NCBI GenBank assembly: GCA_951406725.2 | Contig: OX597814.1 | Location: 36,022,001-36,086,000 of the forward strand | Direction of reading: 5' to 3' | Origin: Octopus vulgaris | Lineage: Eukaryota | Length of the DNA stretch: 64,000 nt | Part shown: piece after piece, positions 11,460 to 23,594 of the stretch | Layout of the letters: every line of letters starts with the position of its first letter | Position numbering within the stretch: the first letter of the stretch is position 1 | The notes under the pieces: generated by a model | Seen by the model: the letters and a program-made list of their open reading frames with translations, nothing else | Databases searched by the model: none | What the model was told of the DNA's origin: nothing | Position numbers and translations under genes: made by a program

Positions 11460-12067
11460 GTGCATGTGTGCATATGTGGCATGCACGTGCGTGTGTGTAT
11501 GTGGATGTGTGTGTTCTGGTTGAGTGTTCTTGTGTTCTTGTGTTTATGTGCATGTGCTTGGGCCCGTGTGCCCATATACCCATGCGCATTAGTGTGTGTG
11601 TGTTTGTATATACGTGTATTCGTGATTGTATTGATGAGTGTGTGTGGTTGAATGTTCCTGTGTTCCCATGTATGTTTATGTGTGTATATGTGCCCAACCA
11701 TGTGTGCCTTTGGATCTGCATGGATGTTTGTGTATTGGGACTGTTCATAGCTTCATATGTATTTATTTATATGGATTTCCTTGCATCTTGTTGTCATCCT
11801 ACCTTTACCTTATCTATACTTACTTATATCTATGTGTGGGCACGTATGTGCGTGCATTGATATGCATGGATGTGTATTGGAATTGTACATATTTGCATGT
11901 AGTTCTCTGTATGGGTTTTCTTGCATTTTGTTGTCGTTCAAACCCTACCCTTTATATACCTGCCTATACCATTACATACATGCTCATCACCCACGATGCA
12001 CCCATTTATGCATATTGCATGGATGGTAACAGTGGCGTTGTAGAACTACTACTTATTATGTATATTT

Positions 12068-12869
12068 GGGGCTAATGCACTTTTGCACTTCTTGAAAAAT
12101 GCATTTTTTTGAAAAAAATTTTTTCGGATTCCTACGTTTTAGATGTTGGAGATTACGAATATACAAAAAAGAATTTTTTTTTAATTTCACCCCCCACCAA
12201 TTTAAATTTTTGATTTTGTTTACTTTAAAGAGACTGTAGTGAATTCACAAACATATGCAAATTGAAATTAAATCCAGACAAAAACATTAAAGTGAAGAGA
12301 ATTTGTGTTTTATTTGTGTAAATAAGAATTTAATGTAAATTAACTATACACCATTTTATGAGAAACAAACATTAATGTTTAATAATTAATGTTATAAAGT
12401 TTAATAAGAGGCTCAAATTTCACCCCCTCCCGAGTTTTAAATTTTGAACTATTTCATCTATTTATTTATTTATCTGTCTATCTATTTATCCCTGTCTGTT
12501 TATTTATAAAATAGATTTGTCAGCTAAATGTGGCAGTCCTATAGAAGACAGTGTTATTGTTGTCTTTAGCCCCAAGAAGACATTCATATCTATCTCTTTA
12601 TACACACATCTATATGCTTATTGAATTAAAAATTTTGAAAACGTGGTTTCTTGCATATTCGGAATCTCCATCATCTAAAACATAAGGGGAAAAAATTTCG
12701 AAAATGTTCAAAATTTTAAGGGGGAGGGTGGTGGTGGTGGGTGGGGGGTTTAAAAAAAAAAAAAAAATTTTGCATATTGTAATCTCCAACATCCTAAACA
12801 TAGGAATCCGAAAAAAACTTTTTAAAAAAATGCATTTTTGAAGGAGAAGTGCAAAACTTCAATAGCCCC
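12068..12869. mobile_element. non-autonomous DNA transposon (MITE) with ~130-bp TIRs
   Basis: Left GGGGCTAATGCACTTTTGCACTTC..., right ...GAAGTGCAAAACTTCAATAGCCCC; 8-bp TSD GTATATTT / ATATATTT (1 mismatch). Superfamily unresolved (Merlin, hAT or MULE-like). Confidence 0.88.
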
Positions 12870-15699
12870 ATATATTTTCTATCCAGTATTGGTAATGTCT
12901 CATTTATAAGAACAGGCCCTGAGAGGTTTGTTGAAGTGTGTTAAGACAAGATACCAATGCTAATTTGGCTTGGCATACCACCATGTTGATATCAGGCATG
13001 CTGATATATTATAGACAACTGTTTCCTGTCGTTATACTCTTGCCTATGTGTTCATTTAATCTCTCCACTAAACTCCTAGAACTCCCCAATGTATGTTCTT
13101 ACACCCCCACTCAATGCACTTTATGCTGTAGACCATATTCCTGGTCTTACAGTTGATACTGAAGTTAAAAGTACATATCACAAAGTTTCTGTCAGTATAT
13201 GTGGTCTTCTCGAAGGGGTTCGTCTTACATAATTTTGCTGTCGTTCAAACCCTACCCTTTATATACCTGCCTATACCATCACATATATGCCCACCCCGGT
13301 TTCTCAATGATCTTAATGTTGAGTTTTATATCCTCTAGAGCCTTTCGAAACCTGTGGATTAATTATCTGTTGCAGAAATTTTGTTGGGAAAAATTTACCT
13401 CTGTATAAAACATACAATATATTTGATGTAGTTTATGCATTATACATGTCCATTGTTATTTGATTGGTATGGCCTGTTAACAATAGTTCCAAACAATAAA
13501 ATTTGGTTGCCAGTAGAATCTACAGGCATCCTTACTTATGATATCTAACTTCTTCCTAGCTCCCACGTACACTCCAACATATCTCTTTGGTCATTGTCAG
13601 AAAACAGCATGCAATGCATAAAGTCCTGTGCATTTCTCTTTATTTCAAAGGGTTGGCATGGGGTGGGGTGGGGGGACACATTGTTCATTATGCTAAGTCA
13701 GCTATTAGTATGTTTATCTTTACATTGTATTATAAAGCTGAGTTCTTGTGAATAACATATTTGGAAGTTATGGGTTTCATATAATAGGAGTGGAGGAGTT
13801 GAACCTTGTTATTTGTAGTCTATTACCACAGTTCCATACCAAGAACAGGGAGCCTATTGTTAGGGTGCATATTAGGGTGGTCTATTGTTACCGTGATACT
13901 CTGATGGACAGAGTTAGTTATTCACTGGATGCTCTCCCTTGTACTCCACCTGGCTTCCTCAGTACAACTATATGTGATTGCTTTAGTTAGAATATTGACA
14001 TCATCTATATACTTACAGTGAAGTATTACATCAATAGAGTGTTCATCAAGGGATAGCTTAAGTTTTATGTTCCATCAAGTCATGAAGAGTCTGGCCATGT
14101 CTCCAACCACACTCACACTGATGGCTGCTCCTTGAACCTACAAATACAATTCCTTATCGAGCTGGGTCATGTAGTTCTACAAAGAGTTTTTTATGTTGAT
14201 GCTTAGTGCATGTGCAATGATCTTTCTCACCTGATTGCTGTTCTCTGGATCCTGGATGGATATAGTCTAGCCACTCCAGCATTCTGTGGTGCTCTTCTTG
14301 GCTGTTGATGTGATGGTGAGTGGTCTTCCCCATTTTGGACCTGGTGGGACAGAACTTATTAAGGTCATTGATTGTGCAGGTTGTTTCAATGCAGGTATTC
14401 ACATCAAGAATCTTGCAGACTAAATACAAAAACTGATATTATATGTTTTGAATAAATGTTTGAAATTAGGGGACTATACATATTTACTGATAATAACCAG
14501 TATCAATATTTCAAAAATTACCCTCAAACTTTGTGGTAGGGGTGTGCAGGTGATACCTCCATACCCTGTTAACACTAATAGAATGTCAAAGTTCTAGCAG
14601 ATCTCATAAATAGAATGCATTTTTCAATTCAACTTCCCTGGCAAAGGAATGGTAATAACCAATTCCTTATCATAATAACAGCACAAAGTGCAGAAACAAA
14701 TGAATACATGTCTAGCATTGGAAATCAGTCACCTCAGAGTTCTACATGAACTACAACATGCCAGTAAAGGATGTCTTTATGCTCATTTTATTTTATTTTA
14801 AAAATAACTACTATATCTTCTAGAATGAAACCTTTCAATGGAGGGATACATTGAAAAATGTGGTTGGAGAAATCACAAATCTCTGAGATTTGTTCACAAA
14901 TCTCTGACAGAAAATAGCAGGTCTGAAGTTTGATCAACCAATAGATCTGCTACAGCTGAATCATCTCTAACCATGGGTCTGCTTAATTAGGACTGACTCA
15001 GGGTGAAACAACAACTGCAACATAACAAAGCCACTACCTGTTCAGTGTCAAGGAGATAATTGAGAGATACCTACAACACCAATAAAAAATTATCTTTACC
15101 ATTAAATTGCCATAAAAAGGAGAAATATGTTACCAAATTGATAAATTCTTGATAAACAAATACTGAACCTAACATAAAGATGATTATACACATTCAAAAA
15201 ATTAAAGTAGAACCTACCAAGACTCTATTGTAAGCATCCACACAAAACAAAATATACAAATATATTACATACCACATGACATGAAAATAGTGTCCATAAA
15301 TAAAATAGCACAACATTTCAGCTTATTGAAATAGGGTAAGAATAAGAATAGTCTTTATATAGAGATAGAGGCTTTGACTTTAAAAATCTGGTAAGGACAA
15401 AATTCAAGAATATAACACCTGGCAATTATTGACAAGTGAATTTATTGAAATGTTATGCTAAGGAAACTTCTAACGATGATGTGAATAAACTGATAAGCTT
15501 CAATTATACTCTTAAATTCTTGTTGCTCTGTATTATACATCTGATTCAAAAATTAGTAGAAACTAGGTAAACAGCCAGAAACATTTTCTTTTATAGAAAC
15601 TAATCAGAATTCTAATTCAATTTTTTTTTTCCTAATGATGAAATGTTATACAAAAATGATAAAGAAAAAAGCCAACATTATTTATATTTGCTTCATTTA

Positions 15700-16050
15700 A
15701 TTAAGGAAATCTACCTCTAAAGAAACTCCCATCTCATCAAGTACTTACTTAATTTAGGTTTTGTATTATTGGATTTTATATATTCCAGTAGTTCTTGTAT
15801 AAAACTTAGAAATCTCTGATAAGTACTTTACACTTGTCTGGATTTAACTTCTGCGTATAAAAATACAAGAAGTTGTCTTCATATTTCTTCACATAAAATT
15901 TCCAATAATCTTCACTGAAGTGGCTAGAATTTAATGAAGTTTACATTCTCTTCAATCAAATACATTTCAGATACGTAGGTATATTTCTTTTACTGACAAG
16001 AGCTTCTTTATGAAGAACAAAGAATACTTATGGTGTATGATGTTGCATTG
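15700..16050 (-). pseudogene. hAT (Charlie/Buster-type) transposase remnant
   Basis: Fragments FVLHKEALVSK and VNFIKF*PLQ*RLLEILCEEI..YAEVK resemble the hAT segment HC.LHREAL..K / VNFIK.RPLN.RLF..LC.E / HTEVRW. Confidence 0.55.
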
Positions 16051-16210
16051 AAGATTCAGAGTACAATATACTTCAACTAACGTCATCAACTATTAAATGT
16101 CGCAATATCAGTCACCAGTAGATATACACTGCGTAGTAATCCAATAAAAGAACCACTGCACAGTTGTTCAACTGCCTAAAATAACAGCAAAATCTCCCTC
16201 AAATCACACT

Positions 16211-16720
16211 AATCATCATCATCATCATCAGCTTTCCATGCTAGCATGGGTTGGACGATTTGACAGAGGACTGGCGAACCAGATAGCTGCATCAGGCTCC
16301 AATCTGATCTGGCAGAGTTTCTACAGCTGGATGCCCTTAATAACGCCAACCACTCCGAGAGTGTATTGGGTGATTTTACGTGCCACCGGCACGAGGGCCA
16401 GTCTGGCAGTACTGACAACGGTCATGCTTGAAATGTTGTTTTTTACATGCCACCTGTACAGGAGTCAGTCCTCCAGTGACACTGGCAACGACCTCGCTTG
16501 AATGTTTTGTTCACGTGCCATCAGCACAAGTGCTAGTAAGGCGACGCTGGTAATGATCATGCTCAATTGGTGCTTTTTACGTTCCACCAGCATGGAAACC
16601 AGACAGCTGCTCTGGCAGTGATACTGCTCGGATGGAGCTGTTAGTGCTCCACTGGCACGGTTGCCAGTCATTGAATTTGGTTCAGTTTCAATTTCACTTG
16701 CCCAACAGGTCTTCACAAGC
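16211..16720 (-). mobile_element. RTE LINE 3'-UTR fragment
   Basis: Same 3' UTR and tandem units as 7572-8400; (CAT)n tail on the + strand at 16211-16229. Confidence 0.85.
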
Positions 16721-17183
16721 CAGATAATGTGATCCTAGTTACATGATACCTGAAAAAGACGTACTGTGTCCAATCAATGAAATGCTTTTGAGCATAGGTT
16801 TGTTCACAAGTTTGACTTAGGTCTAAATAACACCACCATGGACAACAGCAGCAATTCATTGAAAGTAAAATTATCCTTTGCAAAGAGGGCATTTGTCAAA
16901 AATTTGTTGAGTACTGGAATTAACAGGCAGAAATGTACTTAATGCAATTCATCAGAATATATTTCATCATTTACCAAACATTTCCCTTGCTCCAAAGGAA
17001 AAAATCAATATAATCCCATGGGGAAACATGAAAAGTACAGCTTTGATAATTTTTGTTCCTCCCTTTTAGCCATAATATCTCATTAACTGATTAGTTTCTT
17101 ATTTAGGCAGTAAGCCAAATTTAGAATTATCTTTTTCCTACTTTCTCATTCTTGAGTACATAAGTACATACAAAGAGACATGG

Positions 17184-17236
<53 letters not shown>

Positions 17237-17244
17237 GATATGTA

Positions 17245-17289
<45 letters not shown>

Positions 17290-17300
17290 ATATGTATGTA

Positions 17301-20300
17301 TAAACTTAGATAAACTTAGATATGTTTCGACCAAAGATTGGTCCTGGCCATGTCTAACTTAATAGCACCACCTGATAGGATTATTCGAATCCTGTTTAAG
17401 TCAAGTTTTGTTCAAGTTGTGAGTTCTTGTTGGGTGAGTTGTATCCAATTATGGGTGGCTTATCTGGCATTCTTTGAAGGAATCTATCCAGACTCCGTTT
17501 AAAGTTGATGGGATCCTTTTCCTCTTTGATCTCCCTCGGGACAATGTTAAATAGGGCAGGGCTTGTTGAGGAAGAGAAATAATGTTGCAGTGTACATGTA
17601 TATTGTGATCTTGAATTGGGCAGGGGACGTATGGCCCGTGGTCCAAGTCTTGGATGAACCTTGAAGCTAATGTTAAGGTCGTTTGGGCAAAGTTGGCAGT
17701 ATATTCTCCACATTGTACAAATGATGTACTGCTCACGGCGACGCTGGAGGGAGTAAAGTTTCAAGGCTTTAAGGCGATCCCAATAATCGACAGCAGCCAT
17801 GCCTTCAATTCATTTAGTGAGTGCCCTCTGGGGTGACTCAATTCTGGAGATGTTTTGTCTTGTATGGGGAGACCACAGTGGGCAGCAGTATTCAAGGTGT
17901 GGCCATACAAAGGAGGAAAAAAGTGGTATGATGACGCCTTGTTCTCTGGACCGGAAAGTTCTTAAGATCCAGGAACTCATCCTACGAGCAATATCGACCT
18001 TTTTGTTGATGTGTGCACTCCAACTGAGATCGTCATCAACAATTACACCCAGGTCTCTGATATTGTTAGAGGCTGTGAGCGGTTCCCCTGAAGGAAGAGA
18101 GTATTGTTGTTTTAGTGAGGAATTTCTTCCAAAATGCATCAGCTCAAATTTTCCCTCATTCAGTTGCATTTTGTTTCTGTCTGCCCATTGACTCACAGCT
18201 TATAGATCAGACTGGAGTTGAGTTCGGTCTGCTTCTTCATTGACGATTTGCTGGAGCTTAGTGTCATCAGCAAAAATTTTCACTTTGCAGTAATGTACAA
18301 CACTGGAAAGGTCGTTTATGTAAATTATGAAGAGTAGCGGACCCAAAACAGTCTCCTGGGGAACACCGCTGGTGACTTTTGCTGGGCTTGAGTGGACTCC
18401 ATCAACTACAACATGTTGTGTTCTATTCGTCAGGAAATACTTAATCCAGTGTAGAACTTTTTCACGGATTCCAACATTTGCCAATTTTGAGAGTAGGATA
18501 TTATGGTCTACCCTGTCGAACGCTTTACTGAGGTCAAGATATATGACGTCAGAGTTCGAACCTGTTCCCAAGGCTTTGAGTACATCTTCAATGTGGTGTA
18601 AGAGCTGTGTTAGACAGTCCCTGCCACAGCGAAAGCCATGCTGATTTGCATTTAGGAGTTTGTGGGTCTCCAGGAAGTCAGCTATCCTTGATCTTAACAC
18701 TCTTTCAAACACTTTTATGATGTGGGAGGTGAGTGAGATTGGGCGATAGTTGACTGCGAGGGATCTGTTTCCCTGTTTGAAAACCGGGATAACCAACTGG
18801 GATAGAAACTGTTTCGGTATATAACCTGCGTCTAACGAATTTCTCCAGAGGTTGGTCAGAGGGACTGCAAGTTGGTGTCTACATTCCTTCAGGAGACTAG
18901 CGGGGAATCTATCAGGGCCTACAGCAGAGTAATATTTGACCTCATTTATTGCTGCTACGATGTCAGTGGCAGTGAAGGTTATGTCTGTGATTTTGTGTTG
19001 GGAGTCAACTTCGTTCGTTTCTCTTACGTCAATATCTGTGGGAACACTAAAGACAGAGCAGTATTGTTTTTGCAGTATTTCTGCCATTTCTTTAGCATTG
19101 TGTTGGGGAATGCCATTATCATCAATCAATGGCCCAATGGGTGAGACAGTGGTTCTATGCTTATTTGCATAAGAATAGAACACTTTTGGGTTCTGTTTGA
19201 TGTTTTTGATTACCCACTGTTCCTCCACAGCTTTTTGATTTTCAATGGAGGTTTTCATGTTGGTCTGCAGATGAAGTTTTTCCAGCTCTAGTCTTTTCAT
19301 TGTTGTTGGATGTGGATGTTGTGTGTGGGAATATTTTAATTGGTTGATTTTTTTGTTGAGTCTTTTGATGTGCCTGATGAGTATTTTTTTCTTTTTAGGG
19401 AGCCGGTTTCTGTTTGTGTTAGTAGATTTCGTGGGAGCGTGTTTAGAGCATGTATAGGTGATAATGTTTTCAAAGTGCTGCCACGCGGTCTCAATATGAG
19501 AGGAATTGAGAGTAAAAGACCAGTCGATGGAAGACAGATCCTTTCTGATTGCTCCCCAGTCCGCTTTGTAGAAGTTTATGTTGTCAAATGGGTGCCATGG
19601 AGTGGGATTAGCTGGTTTGGTTTTTATATGTCGGGAATTAAAATTGCAGAGTACCATGTCGTGGTCTGAGAGGAGAGTTTTTTCGACTGAAATACTGTGA
19701 ACGTAGCTAGAGTGATTGGTCAATACCAGATCCAAGATCGTTTTATTCTGTCTCGTTGGTTCGAGCACTAGCTGAGTCAAGAAATACTCATCCATCAGAT
19801 TAAAGAGCAGTTCTGCTGCTGCTCTATCTGATGTAGAGCACTTGCCTAACTTCAGAGTATTTGTGGGCCAGTTCACATGAGGGAGGTTAAAATCACCCAT
19901 CACTAGTATGTTTCCGGAGTGGTACTTCCGAAGGAAGGACTTGACTTTGCTAAGGCACTCTTCAAAGTACTTTAGAGGTGCCTGGGGAGGCCTGTAAAGA
20001 CCAACAATGGTTATGTCCTTGGCTTTGTTGTATAGTGATACCGATTCACAGTAGCCATTGGAAAATATGTCCTTGGCATCAAGTGAAAAGGAGTCATGGA
20101 TAAAGATGGCTGTCCCTCCTTTATTACGGTCTGTGCGATCCGCAGGAACAATGTTGAAATCTTTTTTCACCTCTGCATCCATATGGGTGTTGTTCAGGTG
20201 AGTCTCGGTAAGAATAAAGAAAGGGAAGCAATGTGCCATTTCGGCAAACCAACTCTCTATATATGGGATCTTCCATTTTTGGGCAATAATTGATGGGTTG

Positions 20301-20369
20301 ATGCCACGTACATTTAACAGGAATGTCGAGGTAAGGGAAGTTGGTAATGGGTGAGTGGTCCTTGTGATT

Positions 20370-20372
<3 letters not shown>
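17301..20372 (-). mobile_element. young, 5'-truncated CR1-group LINE inserted in a (TA)n array
   Basis: EN+RT ORF2, ~95-nt 3' UTR, (TCTAAGTTTA)2 tail at 17301-17320; TA microsatellite on both flanks; no ORF1. Confidence 0.92.
17396..20372 (-). pseudogene. LINE ORF2 (APE endonuclease + reverse transcriptase) with two in-frame nonsense codons
   Basis: EN motifs LNVRG, LTETHL, GLYRPP, MGDFNLP, LDLVLTN, LSDHDMV; RT motifs YRPISLTS, QHGFR, YLDLSKAFD, SGVPQETVLGPLLF, FADD; C-terminal HLEYCC.LWSP, YSLQRRRE. ORFs 18200-20422, 17810-18196 and 17396-17800 share one frame, split by TAA (18200-18202) and TGA (17810-17812). Confidence 0.93.
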
Positions 20373-20421
<49 letters not shown>

Positions 20422-20427
20422 TATTTA

Positions 20428-20880
<453 letters not shown>

Positions 20881-21537
20881 ATCGTGAGCCAGCCGAACCA
20901 GGGTGCGCAAGTGTGTGTGTGTGTGCAAACGTATGGGCCTGTGTGTGTATGGGAATGTATGTATGTATGTGTAGAAGTAACCTAATGCATGCACTGTGAG
21001 GAGCGATGTACGTTCCATGAATGTGGGTGTGTATGTATGGGCATATGGACGTGTGTATATGTGTGTGTTTCCATGCCTGTGTGCAGCAGTTGATGTGTGC
21101 ACATTTGTATGCATGTGATTGACCTTATAGATGTCCTAGAAACTTCACACAGCCTTGGTTTTGTTATCTCATTCTATCAAGCATACATACGTATATACAG
21201 TGCGTAGTATCCATTGATAACGGTAGGTCATGTTCATGCATACATTTCTTTGGGCGAAATGGCATTAATGGCTGTCTAAATGAGGGTTGTTTATGAAATT
21301 TGTGGAAATGCACATAGCGATACGTTAAAAGTTTTAGAAATTCTACACAAAGATTATTAATATTATTACTATATTGATCCTACATTATATTGGCACAGCT
21401 CGGTATGACCCCCAAAAAACTGGTATCACCATTTGGGATCATTAGGCATAATTGGAAAGGAACTTCTATATGCATATTCAAAACGAATCCCATAAACGAA
21501 CTTAAAGGGGGTATATGTATGTATGTATATATATATA

Positions 21538-22073
21538 CTAGCTGTTGGGCCTGGCACTCCTCGTGTTTTCCGTGTTGAAGTTAAGCCCACATCTGGCCTT
21601 GTACTGAAATCTTCTACACTCCCTGTGCCAACTATTACTCATTAAGGTGTTATATCTGGTTCGGCAGGCTGTTGCAGGATGAATAGATATGTGGCAGGCA
21701 GAGGAAAAATGGCCAGAGCAAGAGACAGAGTTTTGTTGACAGAGTGGAGATTTTGCAGTCGACATGTTCAATGGTGCAGCCATATACTGACATCAACTCA
21801 CTACCATAAGCCTCACTCATTCATTGATTTTCATCAAAATCGGACAAAAAATGCAAAAGCTGCAGGAAAAATAACATCGTTATGGGAATTTCCATTCAAA
21901 CGCCCGATTGAGCTCACAAAAATCGATACCAACTGAACATTATCAAATTTTTTTAAAAATCCATGATTATTTGAGCTTCTGAGCATGTGATCTACCTATG
22001 TGCCAAAAATCATTAATATCGAGTGGACGGTATGGGAGGAGTTAGAACAAACTCAAATACACAGACAGACACC

Positions 22074-22116
<43 letters not shown>
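21538..22116 (-). mobile_element. non-autonomous Helitron-like element
   Basis: Minus strand starts TC(TA)n..AAATGGTGTCTGTCTGTGT and ends with a GC-rich decayed hairpin followed by CTAG. Confidence 0.5.
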
Positions 22117-22118
<2 letters not shown>

Positions 22119-23199
22119 ATTTGAATCAGAATCCTTGGAACTCTGAGTTTCAAGCATGTGGCTAGTCTTTGGCCATTGGAGTCTGAATGAGAGTTTGATT
22201 GAAGTGAGTCGATATTTATTACTCGACATTAGCCTGTGATTGGTCCAGAAAGGTCACGTGGTATTGATGCCGGTAAATTCAGCAACTGCAGTAAGATGGA
22301 AAATAATGCATGGTGAACAGGAAATTGCCCACATGGTAAACAAGATGTCAGTCATGTGGTTGAGGGGGAGGTACAAAGGGGCGGTATTTGTGGGGCTATA
22401 TATGTATATATGTACATGTATATGCACATGTATCTGCGCGTATGCATCAATACTTATATGAGTGTGTATGAGTGCTTAGATGTACATTCACACATTCGTG
22501 CTTGTGCGTACGCATGCACACACACACATGCACACACATGAAGGCACACAAGCACATGCGTGAACACATATATACACACACACTTAATTTGTAACAGTTA
22601 CCTTGATGCAGGCGGTGCTAGGGGTGGTAGGTACTAAGGAGGTATATCCAGATTGTCAGCAGCCAGCAGCTTGAAATTTACCAGAAGAGAATGTACCTTT
22701 GGTGACTGAAATACGGTACCTCATATTTCTTGTTGATGGATATTGCAGGTTTGTAGATAAAATGCAGCTTTTCGCGGGTAACTAGCTCCTATACTTCTCC
22801 GCTTATGTCATTGTATGCCTGTGTGTGTGCACGTGTGTGTATGTGAGTGCGTGTGTGCATGTGTATATGTGTGTATGTGTGAGTGTGCTTCACACGTGTG
22901 TGTGTATTTGTATGTGTGTGTGCATGCATGCATGCGCAGATGTGTTAACGTACATCTTAGCACACATACACACTCTTGTGAGTACTGATACTACACACAG
23001 ATATATGTGCATATACGTGCACATAGATTTTGTATGAAGAACCTCCACCTTCATTGCATGCACAAAACCACTGTTTGATATTTACATTAATATATACATA
23101 CATACACTCATTCTTCCTCTCTCACTCTCTCACTCTCATTCTCTCTCTGTCTCTATTTTCTTCTTGCATGCATATACATACATACATACATACTTACAT

Positions 23200-23535
23200 T
23201 ATTATTATTATGGCTGCCCCCTCGTTATCGAGTATGGCCATTGCACGAAGCTTAACTATTACTGGTGCTGTGATCAAATGTGACTTTTTAGCCCAGCCAA
23301 AGATCTACAATGTCTTGTACAGAATTGGCAACTAAAACCTTTACTGGTAATAGCCAGCTGTAGTTGTAACTGGGCTTCATGTACCTTTGCATGTCGTTTA
23401 AGTCCTGCCGAATTACACTCTCTTCCACATGCCTGACAGATATGATTAGTATGGTGTGTAACACCACCACCAGTGGCCAGGTTGTCACTCATCTGTCTCG
23501 CTTTATGACTACGAAGATTACTCTTGGGTCCAGCT
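23200..23535 (-). mobile_element. 3' fragment of an RTE LINE with C-terminal zinc fingers
   Basis: ICQACGRECNSAGLKRHAKVH and FSCQFCTRHCRSLAGLKSHI, followed by a short UTR ending GAGGGGCAGCCA(TAA)n. Confidence 0.7.
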
Positions 23536-23594
23536 TTACATACATATATACATACATACATACATACATACATACATACATACATACATACATT

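Larger units (their letters stand above)
11375..14430 (-). mobile_element. decayed Penelope-like retroelement (RT, GIY-YIG endonuclease, 3' region with HHR remnant)
   Basis: Manual translation across stops and frameshifts: QGAAISVSVVGDMARLFM, KYIDDVNIL, ITNSVHQSITVTIDHPN..RLPVLGMELW, YYMKPITSKYVIHKNSAL, KIIEKPG, KLCKTNPF, NCKTRNMVYSIKC..TYIGE..RSLVERLNEH, VLINETLPILDRK; then CA-rich 3' region and HHR remnant. Interrupted by a MITE. Confidence 0.82.

Noticed and set aside
17316-17357. Hammerhead ribozyme in the LINE 3' UTR (TTAGA..hairpin-GAAACATA-TCTAA)
   Set aside because: It lacks the CUGANGA core (reads CATGGCCAG) and is better explained as the shared LINE/SINE 3' double hairpin.
18327-20293. 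Plus-strand ORFs overlapping the LINE
   Set aside because: Antisense shadows of ORF2 with no independent motifs.
20373-20422. N-terminus MHIYIYIY of the 740-aa ORF
   Set aside because: Read-through into the flanking TA array, not part of the LINE protein.
22130-22800. Further PLE 3' end with a possible HHR remnant (GAAACTCAGAGT, minus strand ~22150)
   Set aside because: The core and stems are too degenerate to support by eye.
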